A stretch of DNA of 64,000 bases from an uncultured Opitutales bacterium (GCA_900545705.1 URAK01000008.1:72096-136095), one strand, 5' to 3'; positions 1-12,490 are shown, numbered from the stretch's first letter. Numbers and translations are program-made. The notes: generated by a model not told the origin, from the sequence alone.

Positions 1-560
1 ACGACGTCGAGAGAGGCAGCCATCGGAACTTCGTCCCTTTTTATTTTGTCGAGCATCGTGGGCGAGAACACGTCCACCTTGTCGCCAACCCCCGCGCCCG
101 CGGAAGCTGCTAGCCTCTGCCCGATTATTATGGAATCGTCGTCGAGATTGTCTATCGAGCCCATTCTGACGAAATTTTTTTCCCGTATGGGCAAAGCGCA
201 TTCGCCGCTTATTGTGTCGTAGCTGCGAAGCATCGGAAACACCGGTACGTTATTTACCACCATCATTACCGGCCCCTGCGCCACAAACTCCACGCTTTCG
301 ACCTCCGGCATGGATTTTAGCCGCTCCTTCAAGCCTTCAAGCGAGTGCATCGGCCGCCCGTAGTTGCGTATAATTACATCGCCAGTGGTATCGCGCAATT
401 TGAGCGATATCTCGGAATGAAAACCGTTCATTACGCTCTGCGTGCCAAAAAGCCCAAGCACACCGAGCGCAACTCCAAGCAGCGACACCGCCGCAAAAAA
501 CGATACTACTTTCCCCGTGGGGAATAGCTGTTTTAGCGCGATATAAAGCCACCACTTCAT
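1..560 (-). CDS. FtsX-family ABC transporter permease (LolC/LolE-like), N-terminal part; runs off the window start
   Basis: Minus-strand reading frame opens with ATG at 558-560 and is still open at base 1. It translates to MKWWLYIALKQLFPTGKVVSFFAAVSLLGVALGVLGLFGTQSVMNGFHSEI.., the usual N-terminus of LolC/E or MacB-type permeases (TM1 then a periplasmic MNGF motif). Missing from the ORF track because it reaches the window edge. Confidence 0.6.
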   Translation of the reverse strand, partial: MKWWLYIALKQLFPTGKVVSFFAAVSLLGVALGVLGLFGTQSVMNGFHSEISLKLRDTTGDVIIRNYGRPMHSLEGLKERLKSMPEVESVEFVAQGPVMMVVNNVPVFPMLRSYDTISGECALPIREKNFVRMGSIDNLDDDSIIIGQRLAASAGAGVGDKVDVFSPTMLDKIKRDEVPMAASLDV

Positions 561-564
561 CGAC

Positions 565-2055
565 TTATTCCGGCTTCAAAGACGGGAACAATATCGTGTC
601 TCTTATGTTGGCGGCGCCTGTGAGGAGTATTATGAGCCTGTCTATGCCTATTCCCATGCCGCCGGCAGGGGGCATTCCGTATTCGAGCGCTGTGAGGAAG
701 TCCTCGTCCAGCTTTTGGCGCTCCTCGCCGACCTGCGCCTCAAACATCTCGCGCTGGATTAGCGGGTCGTTCTGCTCTGAGTAGGCGGGCGCTATTTCCT
801 GCCCGTTTATGCAGAGTTCAAAGACGTCCAATACCCTTCCGTCCTGCTGGTTTATTTTGGCAAGCGGGCAAAGCTCGCGGGGGACGTTCATAACAAAGGT
901 GGGCTGGATAAGATTCGGCTCCACAAGACGCCCGTAAAGATCGTCAGTTATCTCGTGGTGTTCTTTTGAAACGTCGGTTTCCACTCCCAATTTTGTTGCT
1001 ATTGCGACCTTCTGCTCTTTTGAGAGGTCGAACCAATCCGGGGCGCCGGAAGCCTCGCAGACAAGCTCCATATAGGTTGCCTTCCGCCATTCTCCGCCGA
1101 GATCTATTGTTCCGCCGTCGGCGCGGTTTATGACTGTCGTGCCAAGCACATTCTCGCATATTGAAGATATTAGCGAGCGTATAAGCTCCATCATTCCATT
1201 GTGATCGGAGTACGCCTGGTAGACTTCAAGCATGGTAAACTCCGGATTATGCCTGCGGTCGAGCCCTTCGTTGCGGAATACCCTGCCCATTTCAAAGACT
1301 TTGTCGAACCCTCCGACAAGCATTCTTTTCAGGTAGAGTTCCAGCGCTATGCGCAAATAGAAATCGCGGTCGAGCGCGTTCATATGCGTAATGAATGGGC
1401 GCGCGGCGGCGCCGCCTGCGACATTGTGCAGCACGGGCGTCTCAACCTCCACAAAGCCCCTCGACCAGAAAAACTCGCGTATCTGGCGCTGAATCCGCGT
1501 GCGCAACATAAATCTGCGCCTCGAATCGTCGTTGACAATCAAATCGAGGTATCTTTGGCGGTATATCTGCTCGCTGTCGGTGAGTCCGTGCCATTTTTCC
1601 GGCAGCGGACGCAGGCTCTTTGCGAGTATTTTAAAGTCGTTTACGCGCACGGTTATCTCGCCGGTCTTTGTCTTGAAAAGTTTTCCCTTGGCGCCGATTA
1701 TATCGCCTATGTCGAGAAATTTTTTGAACCAGTCGTTGTAAACTCCTTCGGGGAGACCGTCGCGCGCGAAGTACAGCTGTATGACTCCGTCTCTATCCTT
1801 TATCTTCACGAAACTCGCTTTTCCCATCAGGCGGAAAACCATAATCCTTCCGGCAACGCTTACTTCGTGCTCCGAATTTTCGCCTTCTGGCGTGGATTCG
1901 TCGAACGATTCCACCGCTTCTTTTGACGTGTGGGTTTGTTTCCAATTCTGGCGGAAGGGGTCGTACCCAAGCGCGCGCATTGCGTCGAGCTTGCCTTTTC
2001 TTACCGCAAACAAATCGTGCGAGTTGTCTTCTTTTGTATTTATTTCTTGGCTCAT
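565..2055 (-). CDS. lysS: lysine--tRNA ligase (class II)
   Basis: 496 aa ORF. Has an N-terminal anticodon-binding OB region and class II motifs (FMLRTRIQRQIREFF, GGAAARPF, MGIGIDRL). Confidence 0.95.
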   Translation of the reverse strand: MSQEINTKEDNSHDLFAVRKGKLDAMRALGYDPFRQNWKQTHTSKEAVESFDESTPEGENSEHEVSVAGRIMVFRLMGKASFVKIKDRDGVIQLYFARDGLPEGVYNDWFKKFLDIGDIIGAKGKLFKTKTGEITVRVNDFKILAKSLRPLPEKWHGLTDSEQIYRQRYLDLIVNDDSRRRFMLRTRIQRQIREFFWSRGFVEVETPVLHNVAGGAAARPFITHMNALDRDFYLRIALELYLKRMLVGGFDKVFEMGRVFRNEGLDRRHNPEFTMLEVYQAYSDHNGMMELIRSLISSICENVLGTTVINRADGGTIDLGGEWRKATYMELVCEASGAPDWFDLSKEQKVAIATKLGVETDVSKEHHEITDDLYGRLVEPNLIQPTFVMNVPRELCPLAKINQQDGRVLDVFELCINGQEIAPAYSEQNDPLIQREMFEAQVGEERQKLDEDFLTALEYGMPPAGGMGIGIDRLIILLTGAANIRDTILFPSLKPE

Positions 2056-2934
2056 TATGCGAAAAATTATTTAGAGAGTCTTTCACATCGCTTCCGCATT
2101 CGCAACATTATTATTTGCGGCGGCAGCTGATATTTTACGCGCTCGCACCCATTGCCCACTTTATTTCAAAAATAAACTTTATATTCATAAAAAAATTTGG
2201 CCCTGCAACTGCCGCTATATTTTATGCGGAATTTTGCCTTCACTTTTGCAAATCGAAGTTAAAGCCAGAAAATTTAAGCGCGTAAAGTTATAAAAAAATA
2301 TTCAAGTTCTCTTTACGATTTTTCTTTAAAGCCTGAATCTAAAACAACCAACATTCGCACAGAAATATCCAAAAGACTTTCCCGCACTCCCACCAAAAAA
2401 AATCTATTTTATGCCGTATAGAAAAAAAACTTTTTATGTGCTAAGAGCCTTACGTTTGGCAATAAAACAAAACTTCCGGCAACCGGGGAAAATAGATTTT
2501 TTATCATGCAAAACACAAATAGAAAAATTTTTCCACTGCAAAAGCGCCGATTCTCATGGCCGCCGCAGATAGTTATGCGCGCAAGAACAACGCATTCATT
2601 CCAAGACCGCGCAACACGTTTTAAAATACAAAAAAACTGTGCAAATTTTCATATATAAAAAGCGCAAGCCTCCCCATCAAAAATAGATCCTATACAAATC
2701 TTCAAATCCTTTTCCCCACGCAAAAAAATAAAAAAATCTGCATGCAATGCAAATACAGACAATATACGCTTTTTCTAAGCCACCGCTTTTATTATTTTAG
2801 TTTTATGCCTTATATTTCTTCTTTAAGGTTGCCCTAATCTTTTCTAAACACAAAAAAAGCGCCGCCCCGACTGCGGGCAAGCGCCTTGCAAAGCCGCATG
2901 CGTTTTCGCGCAAAGCGGCCGTTGAAGAATTTTA

Positions 2935-4362
<1,428 letters not shown>

Positions 4363-4380
4363 TTAAAAACGGGCATTTAT

Positions 4381-4474
4381 TACATTTTTGTACATTTTTT
4401 TGAGACTTATTTAAATCTTTTGGGATAAATTTTTCAATAAAAGGCTAAAAGATACATTTTTGTACATTTTTTTG
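4381..4474. repeat. Two copies of a 22-nt direct repeat (tacatttttgtacatttttttg) in the gdhA/deoR divergent intergenic region
   Basis: Exact copies at 4381-4402 and 4453-4474. Each is itself an internal tandem of tacattttt. A near-palindrome caaaaaacattttttg sits nearby at 4330-4345. Confidence 0.7.
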
Positions 4475-4588
4475 TGTTTTAATTTGCAAAAAGCATCAAA
4501 TATTGCATGCAAAGCTTATAACATCAGGGTTTTCAAGCCAGAATTGTCTTGACTAAATGTTATTAAAAATCGACAAATATTTATTACT

Positions 4589-5341
4589 ATGTTAGCGCGA
4601 CAAAGACAAAGACTCATTCTTAATATGCTCGAAAATTCCCCAAGCCTTAGAACTATCGAGCTTGCCAAATACTTTGACGTCACCGACGAAACCATACGCA
4701 GAGACCTCGAAACTCTCGACGCGGAAAACAAGCTTATCAGAACCCACGGCGGGGCGCTTAGAATCGAAAAGCGCTCGGCAGAGCAGCCCCTGCAAAAACG
4801 CTTAAATGAAAACCGCGCCGCAAAACAGGAGATAGCAAAAAAAGCCATTGGATTGGTGTCTCAATCGGACACGATTTTCCTCGATGCGAGCTCCACAGTA
4901 TTAACTTTCGCCGAATCGCTGCCAGACATAAAAATAACTGTCATAACAAATGCGCACGACTGCGTAGTTCCGCTTATGTCGAAGGACAATATCGACGTAA
5001 TCACAACCGGCGGGAAGCTCGACAGGGTTAGCCACAGCTACTGCGGCATATCCGCCCTTTCGCTCATGAAACGCTTCTCTATTGACAAGGCGTTCTTTTC
5101 ATGCAACGGGCTGGATCTTGAACGCGGCGCAAGCGAAGTCGCCGAAATACACGCTGAGTTTAAAGAAAATTCGCTGTCAATCTGCCGCGAAAAAATTCTT
5201 CTGTGCGACTCCTCGAAATTCGGGGTGCAGAGCCTGCGTTTTTTCTGCGACATAAACTCTATCGACACTGTAATAACCGATTCCGCCGCCGACCCCGACT
5301 TTCTCGACAAGCTGCGCAAATCCGGAATCAACGTCCTCTAA
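4589..5341 (+). CDS. DeoR-family transcriptional regulator
   Basis: 250 aa. N-terminal HTH (RQRLILNMLENSPSLRTIELAKYFDVTDETIRRDLETL) followed by a DeoR C-terminal sugar-phosphate sensor-like domain. Confidence 0.85.
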   Translation: MLARQRQRLILNMLENSPSLRTIELAKYFDVTDETIRRDLETLDAENKLIRTHGGALRIEKRSAEQPLQKRLNENRAAKQEIAKKAIGLVSQSDTIFLDASSTVLTFAESLPDIKITVITNAHDCVVPLMSKDNIDVITTGGKLDRVSHSYCGISALSLMKRFSIDKAFFSCNGLDLERGASEVAEIHAEFKENSLSICREKILLCDSSKFGVQSLRFFCDINSIDTVITDSAADPDFLDKLRKSGINVL

Positions 5342-5724
5342 TTGCAGCCTAAAAACCTTTAAACTATGCGGCGCGCAGGCTCGAGCGCGCCGTTTTTTTT
5401 ATCGTCCTACTTCCGCGCGCGGCAGACGGCCGCCTAACAACAATTTTTTCAATTAAGTTCAGCTGCCTATGTTCGCAAAAGCGGGGCAAATTTCCCATTT
5501 GTTTTAATTTGCAAGAACGCGGGAAAATACTGGGCAATACAAAATATATTGCGCGCAAATAAATTTTAGCAGCCCCTGATAGAAAGCGCGCAGAAGTAAA
5601 AATTTTAGCGCAACTATGCAAAATGCAAAAGCGCTACCACTATTAAAAAGCGCGCGCGCCCAATATGAAATTCGAGCAGGCATAAGCCGGCAGAGCCATC
5701 TCAGATTAAGCGCGCGGATATTTT

Positions 5725-7602
5725 CTAATCCGAAATCTCAAACAAGGCCGTGTCGGGAGAGGCGAAGTCGTATTCGAACGATTCGGAGTTTTCAGCAACA
5801 ATTTTGCCGCTATACAACTCTTTTACAATCCCGGCCTTCTTTGGCAGATGTATTTTCTTGACTCCGCCCTCCTTCACATGAACTGCCACAAGTTTTCCGT
5901 TCGAATACACAGGCAAAGGCTCGTCTGTATATATATGAACCCCGGCTTCGCGGGCTAATCGCATTATAGAATTTTTGTCAAAGTCCAAAATACTTTCGCC
6001 GTATACGCTTTTCCAGCTACCCATGTCTTTTTCAGACACACCTTTAGTCTTGTACTTAAAGCCTGTTAGCTTCTCGACATTTGCGGAGTCTGCGCGCTTG
6101 CCGTCAGACATTCCCGCGGCGTCCATAAACACGACAGTCCTACCCGAATTCATCACTCGATTTTCTAATATCTTCCGCTTTTCCGGGGTAATCGAATATC
6201 CCCACGGGAAGACTGCCATCTTATATTTTGAGAAATCCAGATTTTCAATGTCGTCAAAAAGAATATAGTCGAACGGGGCCCCGCATGAGTAAAGCGCTTT
6301 AATCATGCGTTCGATTTTTAAGGGATTTTTCATATAAAAAGCGCTGTCCGGGTCAATCACCATGACTATCTCCGCGCGGTAGTCGAGCGGGGCGTCCTTG
6401 TATTTCTTCCATATTTCGTAGGATTTGCCGACGAGCTCCATTGTCTCGGGAGTCTTAAAAATCCCGCCCCACATGTCAAAACACCAAAGGGAATTCCCCA
6501 TTATCGCCGCCAACGAGAACTCCCTCTTTAAAATCGCGTTTGTCTCGGCTTGGTTTTTTGCGCCCGATGCGTGTATTCCCCCTATTTGAACATATGGGGA
6601 AAGCTTGCCGTTGTACGTGTGCGTTCTATGGTCTATTTCCTGAAACCAGTGCTTGCCGTGAAGGTCAACCGACTTTCGCGGCGACGATATTCCACCGCCA
6701 AGCCCTATGTCGCGGTTAAAATATCCTCCGGGGCTGCCAACAAAGTCAACCGACTTCGACGCAAACGTTCTCGAATTGTCTAGCTTGCCGTACAAGCGCA
6801 ATGGTATAAATCCGCAAAATGCGCCAACCTGTTTTTTATCGCCCACTATTTTTTTTACCTCGCCAAGAAATTCATCGACTCCGTCGGAAATCAGCTCTTC
6901 GAGAAATCTCGAATACTCGGCTTCCGCGCGCTGTGTCTTTGGGTCGAAGTAATTTCCGTCGATTGCGGGGGAGTCCATGCGCTCGCGGCTGGGAACCTCC
7001 CACTTTGGAAGTCCGTTTTTATTCAGCCATCTATACCATGCGTTGCGTTTTGGGACATTAGCGTATCCCTGAGAGTTGCAGTACCATTCGCTCGTGCCGC
7101 CGCCGGCCACTATGTACGACACTATCCTATCTCCGTACTTTTCCTCCATGTGCAGCACGTAGGCGCGGAGCATTTTTTCCGTGAGGGTTTTCCACTCCGG
7201 AATACACAGCGCATTTGAAATATGCTGGTAGCTGTCGCCGCCGAAACCGTATTTCTTATCGAGCCTGCGGACAAGCCACAAGGGGCTGTTTATATCGACC
7301 ATGCAAATGAAGCGGGCATTGGGATTGGCCTTCAAAACGACGTCGAACTGTGCATCAACATTTTCCCAGAGGTACGTTTCGTCCCATACCCAGAAGGGGG
7401 GAAATTTACAATAGGGCTCGCCAAGGCTGTTAAAAGAGTTCGACGGCATGACTGCGTAAAGGTCTACGCCTATGTCGGCAAACTGCTTCATCGCCCCGGT
7501 TTCAGGCCAGAAAGAGCGGTACGCAAAAAACTTTCCCGCAACGCCCGCATGGGCGCACAGAGCCAAAATGGCTGAAAATAAAACTATTAAGAGTTTTTTC
7601 AT
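5725..7602 (-). CDS. secreted putative glycoside hydrolase (TIM-barrel, GH42/GH35-like)
   Basis: 625 aa with an N-terminal signal peptide (MKKLLIVLFSAILALCAHAG). Only weak family-level resemblance to beta-galactosidase-like TIM-barrel hydrolases; the family call is tentative. Confidence 0.4.
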   Translation of the reverse strand: MKKLLIVLFSAILALCAHAGVAGKFFAYRSFWPETGAMKQFADIGVDLYAVMPSNSFNSLGEPYCKFPPFWVWDETYLWENVDAQFDVVLKANPNARFICMVDINSPLWLVRRLDKKYGFGGDSYQHISNALCIPEWKTLTEKMLRAYVLHMEEKYGDRIVSYIVAGGGTSEWYCNSQGYANVPKRNAWYRWLNKNGLPKWEVPSRERMDSPAIDGNYFDPKTQRAEAEYSRFLEELISDGVDEFLGEVKKIVGDKKQVGAFCGFIPLRLYGKLDNSRTFASKSVDFVGSPGGYFNRDIGLGGGISSPRKSVDLHGKHWFQEIDHRTHTYNGKLSPYVQIGGIHASGAKNQAETNAILKREFSLAAIMGNSLWCFDMWGGIFKTPETMELVGKSYEIWKKYKDAPLDYRAEIVMVIDPDSAFYMKNPLKIERMIKALYSCGAPFDYILFDDIENLDFSKYKMAVFPWGYSITPEKRKILENRVMNSGRTVVFMDAAGMSDGKRADSANVEKLTGFKYKTKGVSEKDMGSWKSVYGESILDFDKNSIMRLAREAGVHIYTDEPLPVYSNGKLVAVHVKEGGVKKIHLPKKAGIVKELYSGKIVAENSESFEYDFASPDTALFEISD

Positions 7603-7653
7603 AGCAATTAAAATATTTTTAGAATTTAGAGGCTAACCCACGATTAAAAGAAC

Positions 7654-7753
7654 GCGAAAGTTTTTACTCGGCAAGATGCGAAAGTTTTTTACCCGGCAAG
7701 ATGCAGAAGTTATTTTACCCGGCAAGATGCAGAAGTTATTTTACCCGGTACAA
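7654..7753. repeat. Tandem array of about 4 units of 24-26 nt (consensus gcgaaagttttttacccggcaagat)
   Basis: Units at 7654-7677, 7678-7702 and 7703-7728, plus a partial unit at 7729-7753. Lies between two minus-strand genes (upstream of 5725..7602, downstream of 7814..9205). Confidence 0.8.
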
Positions 7754-7813
7754 ACTTTGCGCACAACAGCATAACAACTCCCGACAAAGCGGCAGGCAAC
7801 GGCATGCGGCGCG

Positions 7814-9205
7814 CTATTTGCAGAGCCTTTTTATGTCGCCCTCCGCGCCTTTAAAATGTTCGGATATTATTTCGGACCTAAGCTGCGAATCTCCCCTATC
7901 GGCTATGAATATTTTATCGGATTCGTTTCCGAGCACCTTGCGCATTTTGTCGATTCCGTCTTCTTCGTCCGCAAATACGGCGTCCTGCGGCTGCCATCTG
8001 TTAAAGAGCAGGTATTGGTCTTTAAATACGTAAAAAGTATTCCCCGACATCTCCGCCGTACAATACTGGTTGCAATATGCGCTCGATCCCCAGAAGAAAT
8101 TTTTATTTATCGACAGGCCTGTTATGGGTTTACGCTCGTATGAAAGCAGAGCGGCGTCGCGAGTTTCAGGAGTTGAGAATTCGTTTTCGCCCATTTCAAA
8201 ACACCTGTTTGAAGAAAATTCGCAGTCGGAATATTTTGCCGTCCCCTCCTTGGAACGAATAAAATGCTCAAATGCCTGGCGGCAATGTATAAAAGTGTTG
8301 CCGATAAATTTTACGTTTTCGATAAGCATATCGCCATTTGCAATTCCCTGTATGGTCGAGCCGCAGTCGTATGTTCTCGACACCGTGCAGCCCTCCACGA
8401 GATTGTTTGAGCACGGACGCTTGTCTGACACCCAAAACTCAAATCCGTTTCCGAGGCGAACCCAATGGGCGTATCCAAGCTGGACAGACCCTCCTATTAT
8501 ATCTACGCGCATATTTTTAAATTTGCAGTTCCATGCCCTCGCAACGCCGTGGACGCCAAATCCCGTCACAGCTATGGAGTCCATCTCGCAGTTTTCGAGG
8601 TTTGTGACCCCCGTGCCGTATGTTGAGAATGCAATCTTCGCCCCTCCCGCCGAGGGATTGCCTTTTGAGCGGAAGTAAAGATAGCGGAAGTTTTCCTTCT
8701 TATCTTGAACGTTTACGCGGTTGACATCACCCGAAACCCAGAAGTCGCCGTATGCGTTCAGCTGGTTGTACCTGCATACTAGATGCCCATAAAGCTTGTC
8801 GGAAGCCATATCGTAAACGGCTCCTATATTATTGGCTTTCCCCTCCGCAAAATAACCGTCAAAATTTTCGGGTTTTGTGAGGTCTATGCGCCATATATCG
8901 TTTGGCTGGCGCTCCCATGCGTCGGGATTTTTTACGATTTTAAAGCCGCTTATGACAGGCATTGGGCCTTCGCCGTACGCGGATATTTTGCAGTTTTTAA
9001 ATTTTGTAATGGGTCCGTAAAATACGTCGCCGCGCTTTAAGTATATCTCGGAATTTTCGTTTGGGGCGGCGGCGATAGTTTTTAGCGGCGCCGCCTGCGA
9101 GCCGTCGTTAGAGTCATCGCCACTCGATGAGGAAATATAGTACGCCTTCCCGAAAGCCGCGGCCGACAGAATGGATACTAACGCGAACGTGAATAATTTT
9201 CTCAT
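7814..9205 (-). CDS. secreted right-handed parallel beta-helix protein (pectate-lyase fold)
   Basis: 463 aa with a signal peptide (MRKLFTFALVSILSAAAFG). Repetitive beta-helix-like segments rich in N/G/V. Confidence 0.5.
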   Translation of the reverse strand: MRKLFTFALVSILSAAAFGKAYYISSSSGDDSNDGSQAAPLKTIAAAPNENSEIYLKRGDVFYGPITKFKNCKISAYGEGPMPVISGFKIVKNPDAWERQPNDIWRIDLTKPENFDGYFAEGKANNIGAVYDMASDKLYGHLVCRYNQLNAYGDFWVSGDVNRVNVQDKKENFRYLYFRSKGNPSAGGAKIAFSTYGTGVTNLENCEMDSIAVTGFGVHGVARAWNCKFKNMRVDIIGGSVQLGYAHWVRLGNGFEFWVSDKRPCSNNLVEGCTVSRTYDCGSTIQGIANGDMLIENVKFIGNTFIHCRQAFEHFIRSKEGTAKYSDCEFSSNRCFEMGENEFSTPETRDAALLSYERKPITGLSINKNFFWGSSAYCNQYCTAEMSGNTFYVFKDQYLLFNRWQPQDAVFADEEDGIDKMRKVLGNESDKIFIADRGDSQLRSEIISEHFKGAEGDIKRLCK

Positions 9206-9635
9206 TTATAAGTCCCCCCAAAACATTTTATGCTAAGAACTTTTTTATATTAACATATGCGCGCTAATTGTGGAAGTAAAAAAGTTTCGAGAATCAATAC
9301 ACCTTTCATGTAAAAAAGGCGCAATCGATGCAATTCTCATGCTGTTATGCTCTGGGGATTTTTTGTTATGGGCGCAAAAATTATTCGGGGCATGCAAATT
9401 TCAAGGGAAGCATACAAGCTTGGCATACAAACACAAATTAAGAATTTTTTATGCGCAATCTCCAATATTCTTTCAAAACCCTGCCTGTAAGAAAAGCCTG
9501 AGAAGCGAACCCAGCGTTTTTGGAACCCCGCTTAAAATTTTTCGATTTTAAATTGAATCGTGGGAAGAAAAATATTGACCACAAAAAGTTAGTGCGTTAA
9601 CTCTGGGAAAGAAACAAACAATATTCATAAATGCA

Positions 9636-11159
9636 ATGAAAAGATTAATTCTTATATTTTGCGCATGCGCCTTTTGCGTAGTTGCGTCGGCAGAACCTAA
9701 AAGCACGGTAGAAAGAAGGAAGCCGTTGACTGCGAATGTCGGCATTGTAGGCGTCGGGCTGGACACATATTGGAAGCAATTTGAAGGGCTCAAAGACGTA
9801 ATGCTCAAAAAACTCGATACATTTGAAAATAAAGTCAAGTCCAACGGCGTAAAAACATTTTCATTTGGTCTTGTCGACAACGCTGAAAGCGCGCGCAAAA
9901 CTCTCGACGAAATCAAGCGGTCGAATCTAGATCTGCTGTTTGTCGATATGGTGACCTACGCAACCTCGGCGACATTTGCCGCAATGGCAAAAGAGCTGAC
10001 AATCCCGATAGTTTTGGTGGCATTGCAGCCGCAAAGCGCAATGCCTTACGAAAAAGCGACAACGTTTATACAGCTTTGCAACGACGATTTATGTGCCGTC
10101 CCTGAATTTGCGGACGTTGCCGTGCGAATGGGAAACCCCGTGGACGATATTATAATAGGAATGCGCGAGGGCGATAAACTTGCAGACGCGGAAATTTCAA
10201 AATGGTGCTCGGTTGCAAAGGTTTTGCACGACCTGCGCTATGCCCGCATAGGACTAATGGGACATGTATTGGAGGCGATGTATGACATGCAAACCGACCC
10301 AACGGCAGTCGCAGCCACATTTGGCTGCCATGTAGCTGTATGCGAGCCCGATGAAATCCTAAGACATTATCTCTCCGAAGATAAAGACGCAGTTGAAGCT
10401 ATGAAAAAGCGGATTCTCTCATTCTTCGACACCCCGGACCCTGTCTCAGACCCAATCACCCAAAAGCTCACAGACAAGGATCTCGATGTTGCAGCTAGGG
10501 CGGCAGTTGCCCTTGAAAAGTTCGCGGCCGACAGAAAGCTCGACGGTCTTGCATACTATTACGAGGCGCTACCCGGCTCCAAAATGCGGGAGCTCGTAAC
10601 AAACCTAATAGTGGGCAACTCGCTTCTCACCGCAGCCGGATTCCCTATGTGCGGAGAGTTTGACATCAAAAATTGCATTGCAATGATGATAATGGATAGG
10701 CTTCAAATAGGCGGAAGCTTTGCCGAATTCCACCCGATAGATTTCAACAAGGGGACAGTTCTTGTCGGGCATGACGGTCCGCACCATCTTAATATTGCCG
10801 ACGGCAAGCCCGTATTGAGGTCATTAAAAAAATATCACGGCAAACCCGGAGCGGGCGCTGGCGTTGAATTCAAGATAAAGGAAGGCCCCATTACCATACT
10901 CTCAATAGGGGTAAAAGCCGACGGGAAATTCAAATTTATAGTGGCCGAAGGCGAGTCTGTTGCGGGAGCCATTCCACCCACGGGGAATACAAACACCCAT
11001 GCTAAGTTTAAGCCTGACATTCGCACATTCTTGCGGAGCTGGTGCATGGAAGGGCCAACCCACCACTTTGCACTCGGTATTGGGCACCACGCAGACGAAA
11101 TTCAGAAAATCGCAAAGGTTTTAAATATTGAATGCGTAAATGTGACGGCCGGCAAATAA
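9636..11159 (+). CDS. L-arabinose/L-fucose isomerase-family protein carrying an N-terminal signal peptide
   Basis: 507 aa. Core aligns by eye to AraA (RIGLMGHV..., GEFDIKNCIAMMIMDRLQIGGSFAEFH, HHFALGIGHHADEIQKIA). The N-terminus MKRLILIFCACAFCVVASA looks like a cleavable signal peptide. Confidence 0.55.
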   Translation: MKRLILIFCACAFCVVASAEPKSTVERRKPLTANVGIVGVGLDTYWKQFEGLKDVMLKKLDTFENKVKSNGVKTFSFGLVDNAESARKTLDEIKRSNLDLLFVDMVTYATSATFAAMAKELTIPIVLVALQPQSAMPYEKATTFIQLCNDDLCAVPEFADVAVRMGNPVDDIIIGMREGDKLADAEISKWCSVAKVLHDLRYARIGLMGHVLEAMYDMQTDPTAVAATFGCHVAVCEPDEILRHYLSEDKDAVEAMKKRILSFFDTPDPVSDPITQKLTDKDLDVAARAAVALEKFAADRKLDGLAYYYEALPGSKMRELVTNLIVGNSLLTAAGFPMCGEFDIKNCIAMMIMDRLQIGGSFAEFHPIDFNKGTVLVGHDGPHHLNIADGKPVLRSLKKYHGKPGAGAGVEFKIKEGPITILSIGVKADGKFKFIVAEGESVAGAIPPTGNTNTHAKFKPDIRTFLRSWCMEGPTHHFALGIGHHADEIQKIAKVLNIECVNVTAGK

Positions 11160-11267
11160 CCCGAAACCTGCATTGGCAACTTGGCGCGGAAGAAATTGAT
11201 TTATTCTGAGCCTGCTAATAAGCTTAATATTGTATAAGTAGCGAGCAAACTACGGCTGCAAAATTTA

Positions 11268-11306
11268 AAAGCCTTCCGTTTTCATTCGGAGGGCTTTTTA
11301 TTTTTC
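11268..11306 (+). terminator. rho-independent terminator after the isomerase-like gene
   Basis: Stem agccttccg / cggagggct with loop ttttcatt, followed by a T-run. Confidence 0.6.
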
Positions 11307-12490
11307 GAATTAAAACTGTGCACCTTTCGGAGAGTTTCTTATTTCAGATTTAATTATGCACAAATATCTTGGCTAATGTTGAGAAGGAAATGGCACAATG
11401 TAGGGCATTCCAGTATTTCAACGTTTTCTACAATATTGGCAGTTTATTTTAATGATGCTTTAAATTAAAAATAGCCTGTTTTAAGCAGTTGTTTTTTAGA
11501 GTGGAATACCAAACGCCGATAACCCCTTTGGGTAAAAATGCATAAATACACGCATACATTCTATAAAATACCAATTGCAGGATTTCCCATATTGGATCAG
11601 GTTTTAGATATAATTTTCTTCTTAAAAAGGTAAATGCAAAATGAAATATTATTTATATAGGCTAACTATAATACGAGTCAGGCAGAAAATATAAATTAAG
11701 TCGACTTTAGAACATTTGATACAAATACCAAAATTTATTTCATAAAATAGGGAATGCCTTTCTTATAATAAAAGTTGCACTGGCTTCTTTCCCCCAATGC
11801 CTTTTTGGTGTAAAATCTTTAACAACCACTGGGTATTTAGGGTATGAAATTAAATTTTGGATTTATATTATACTCAAATGCTACCTAAGAATTTTAATAG
11901 TTTCATTTCATACATTCCAGAAATTTTAAGAAGCAAAAAATACAATAAGATGTGGAGAAAAACGGGCGATTATCAACATTGCAATACGCTGTTGCTAAGC
12001 TACTGCATAAGGAATCTAAACTGCAATAAAAGGCCTTTAAGACGTGTAGATATAGTTTGATATGATATTTTAATGACCGTTAATTTCTTGCTTCGCTTAA
12101 AATTTATTACTGCAAAAATATTTCTAAAAAAGATAAGTAAAAAATTGCAATCTATATACCGACAATTTCTTTTATAACCATTATCTTGTTCTTTGCGAAA
12201 ATTTTCTCGAATGCTAAAATTATACTTTCAGTGCAAATAATACATTTTTTTGTGTAAAATATATAGATGATATTCGCTTCTTACAAGAATCCACAAGTAG
12301 ATGAGCTTTAAATATTAAAATGTCGCAATTTATTGTATAACTTTAAAGCGCTGCGAATCCAATATCTTTACTTAATATGTTTGAATATCAAAGAATAAAC
12401 TTCCCATAAGCGTGTAATTACATCTGGTACGCGAGAGAAAACGCACAAATCCAATAAGGCTAAAACACTTGTGAGTAAGTTATTTCTTTA

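Noticed and set aside
1201-1926. 241-aa ORF on the plus strand inside lysS
   Set aside because: Entirely antisense to a confidently identified conserved gene. No recognisable domain. A typical shadow ORF in a GC-moderate genome.
7654-7753. Possible CRISPR array
   Set aside because: The repeats are directly adjacent with no spacers and only about 4 units, and no cas genes are present. Treated as a simple tandem repeat.
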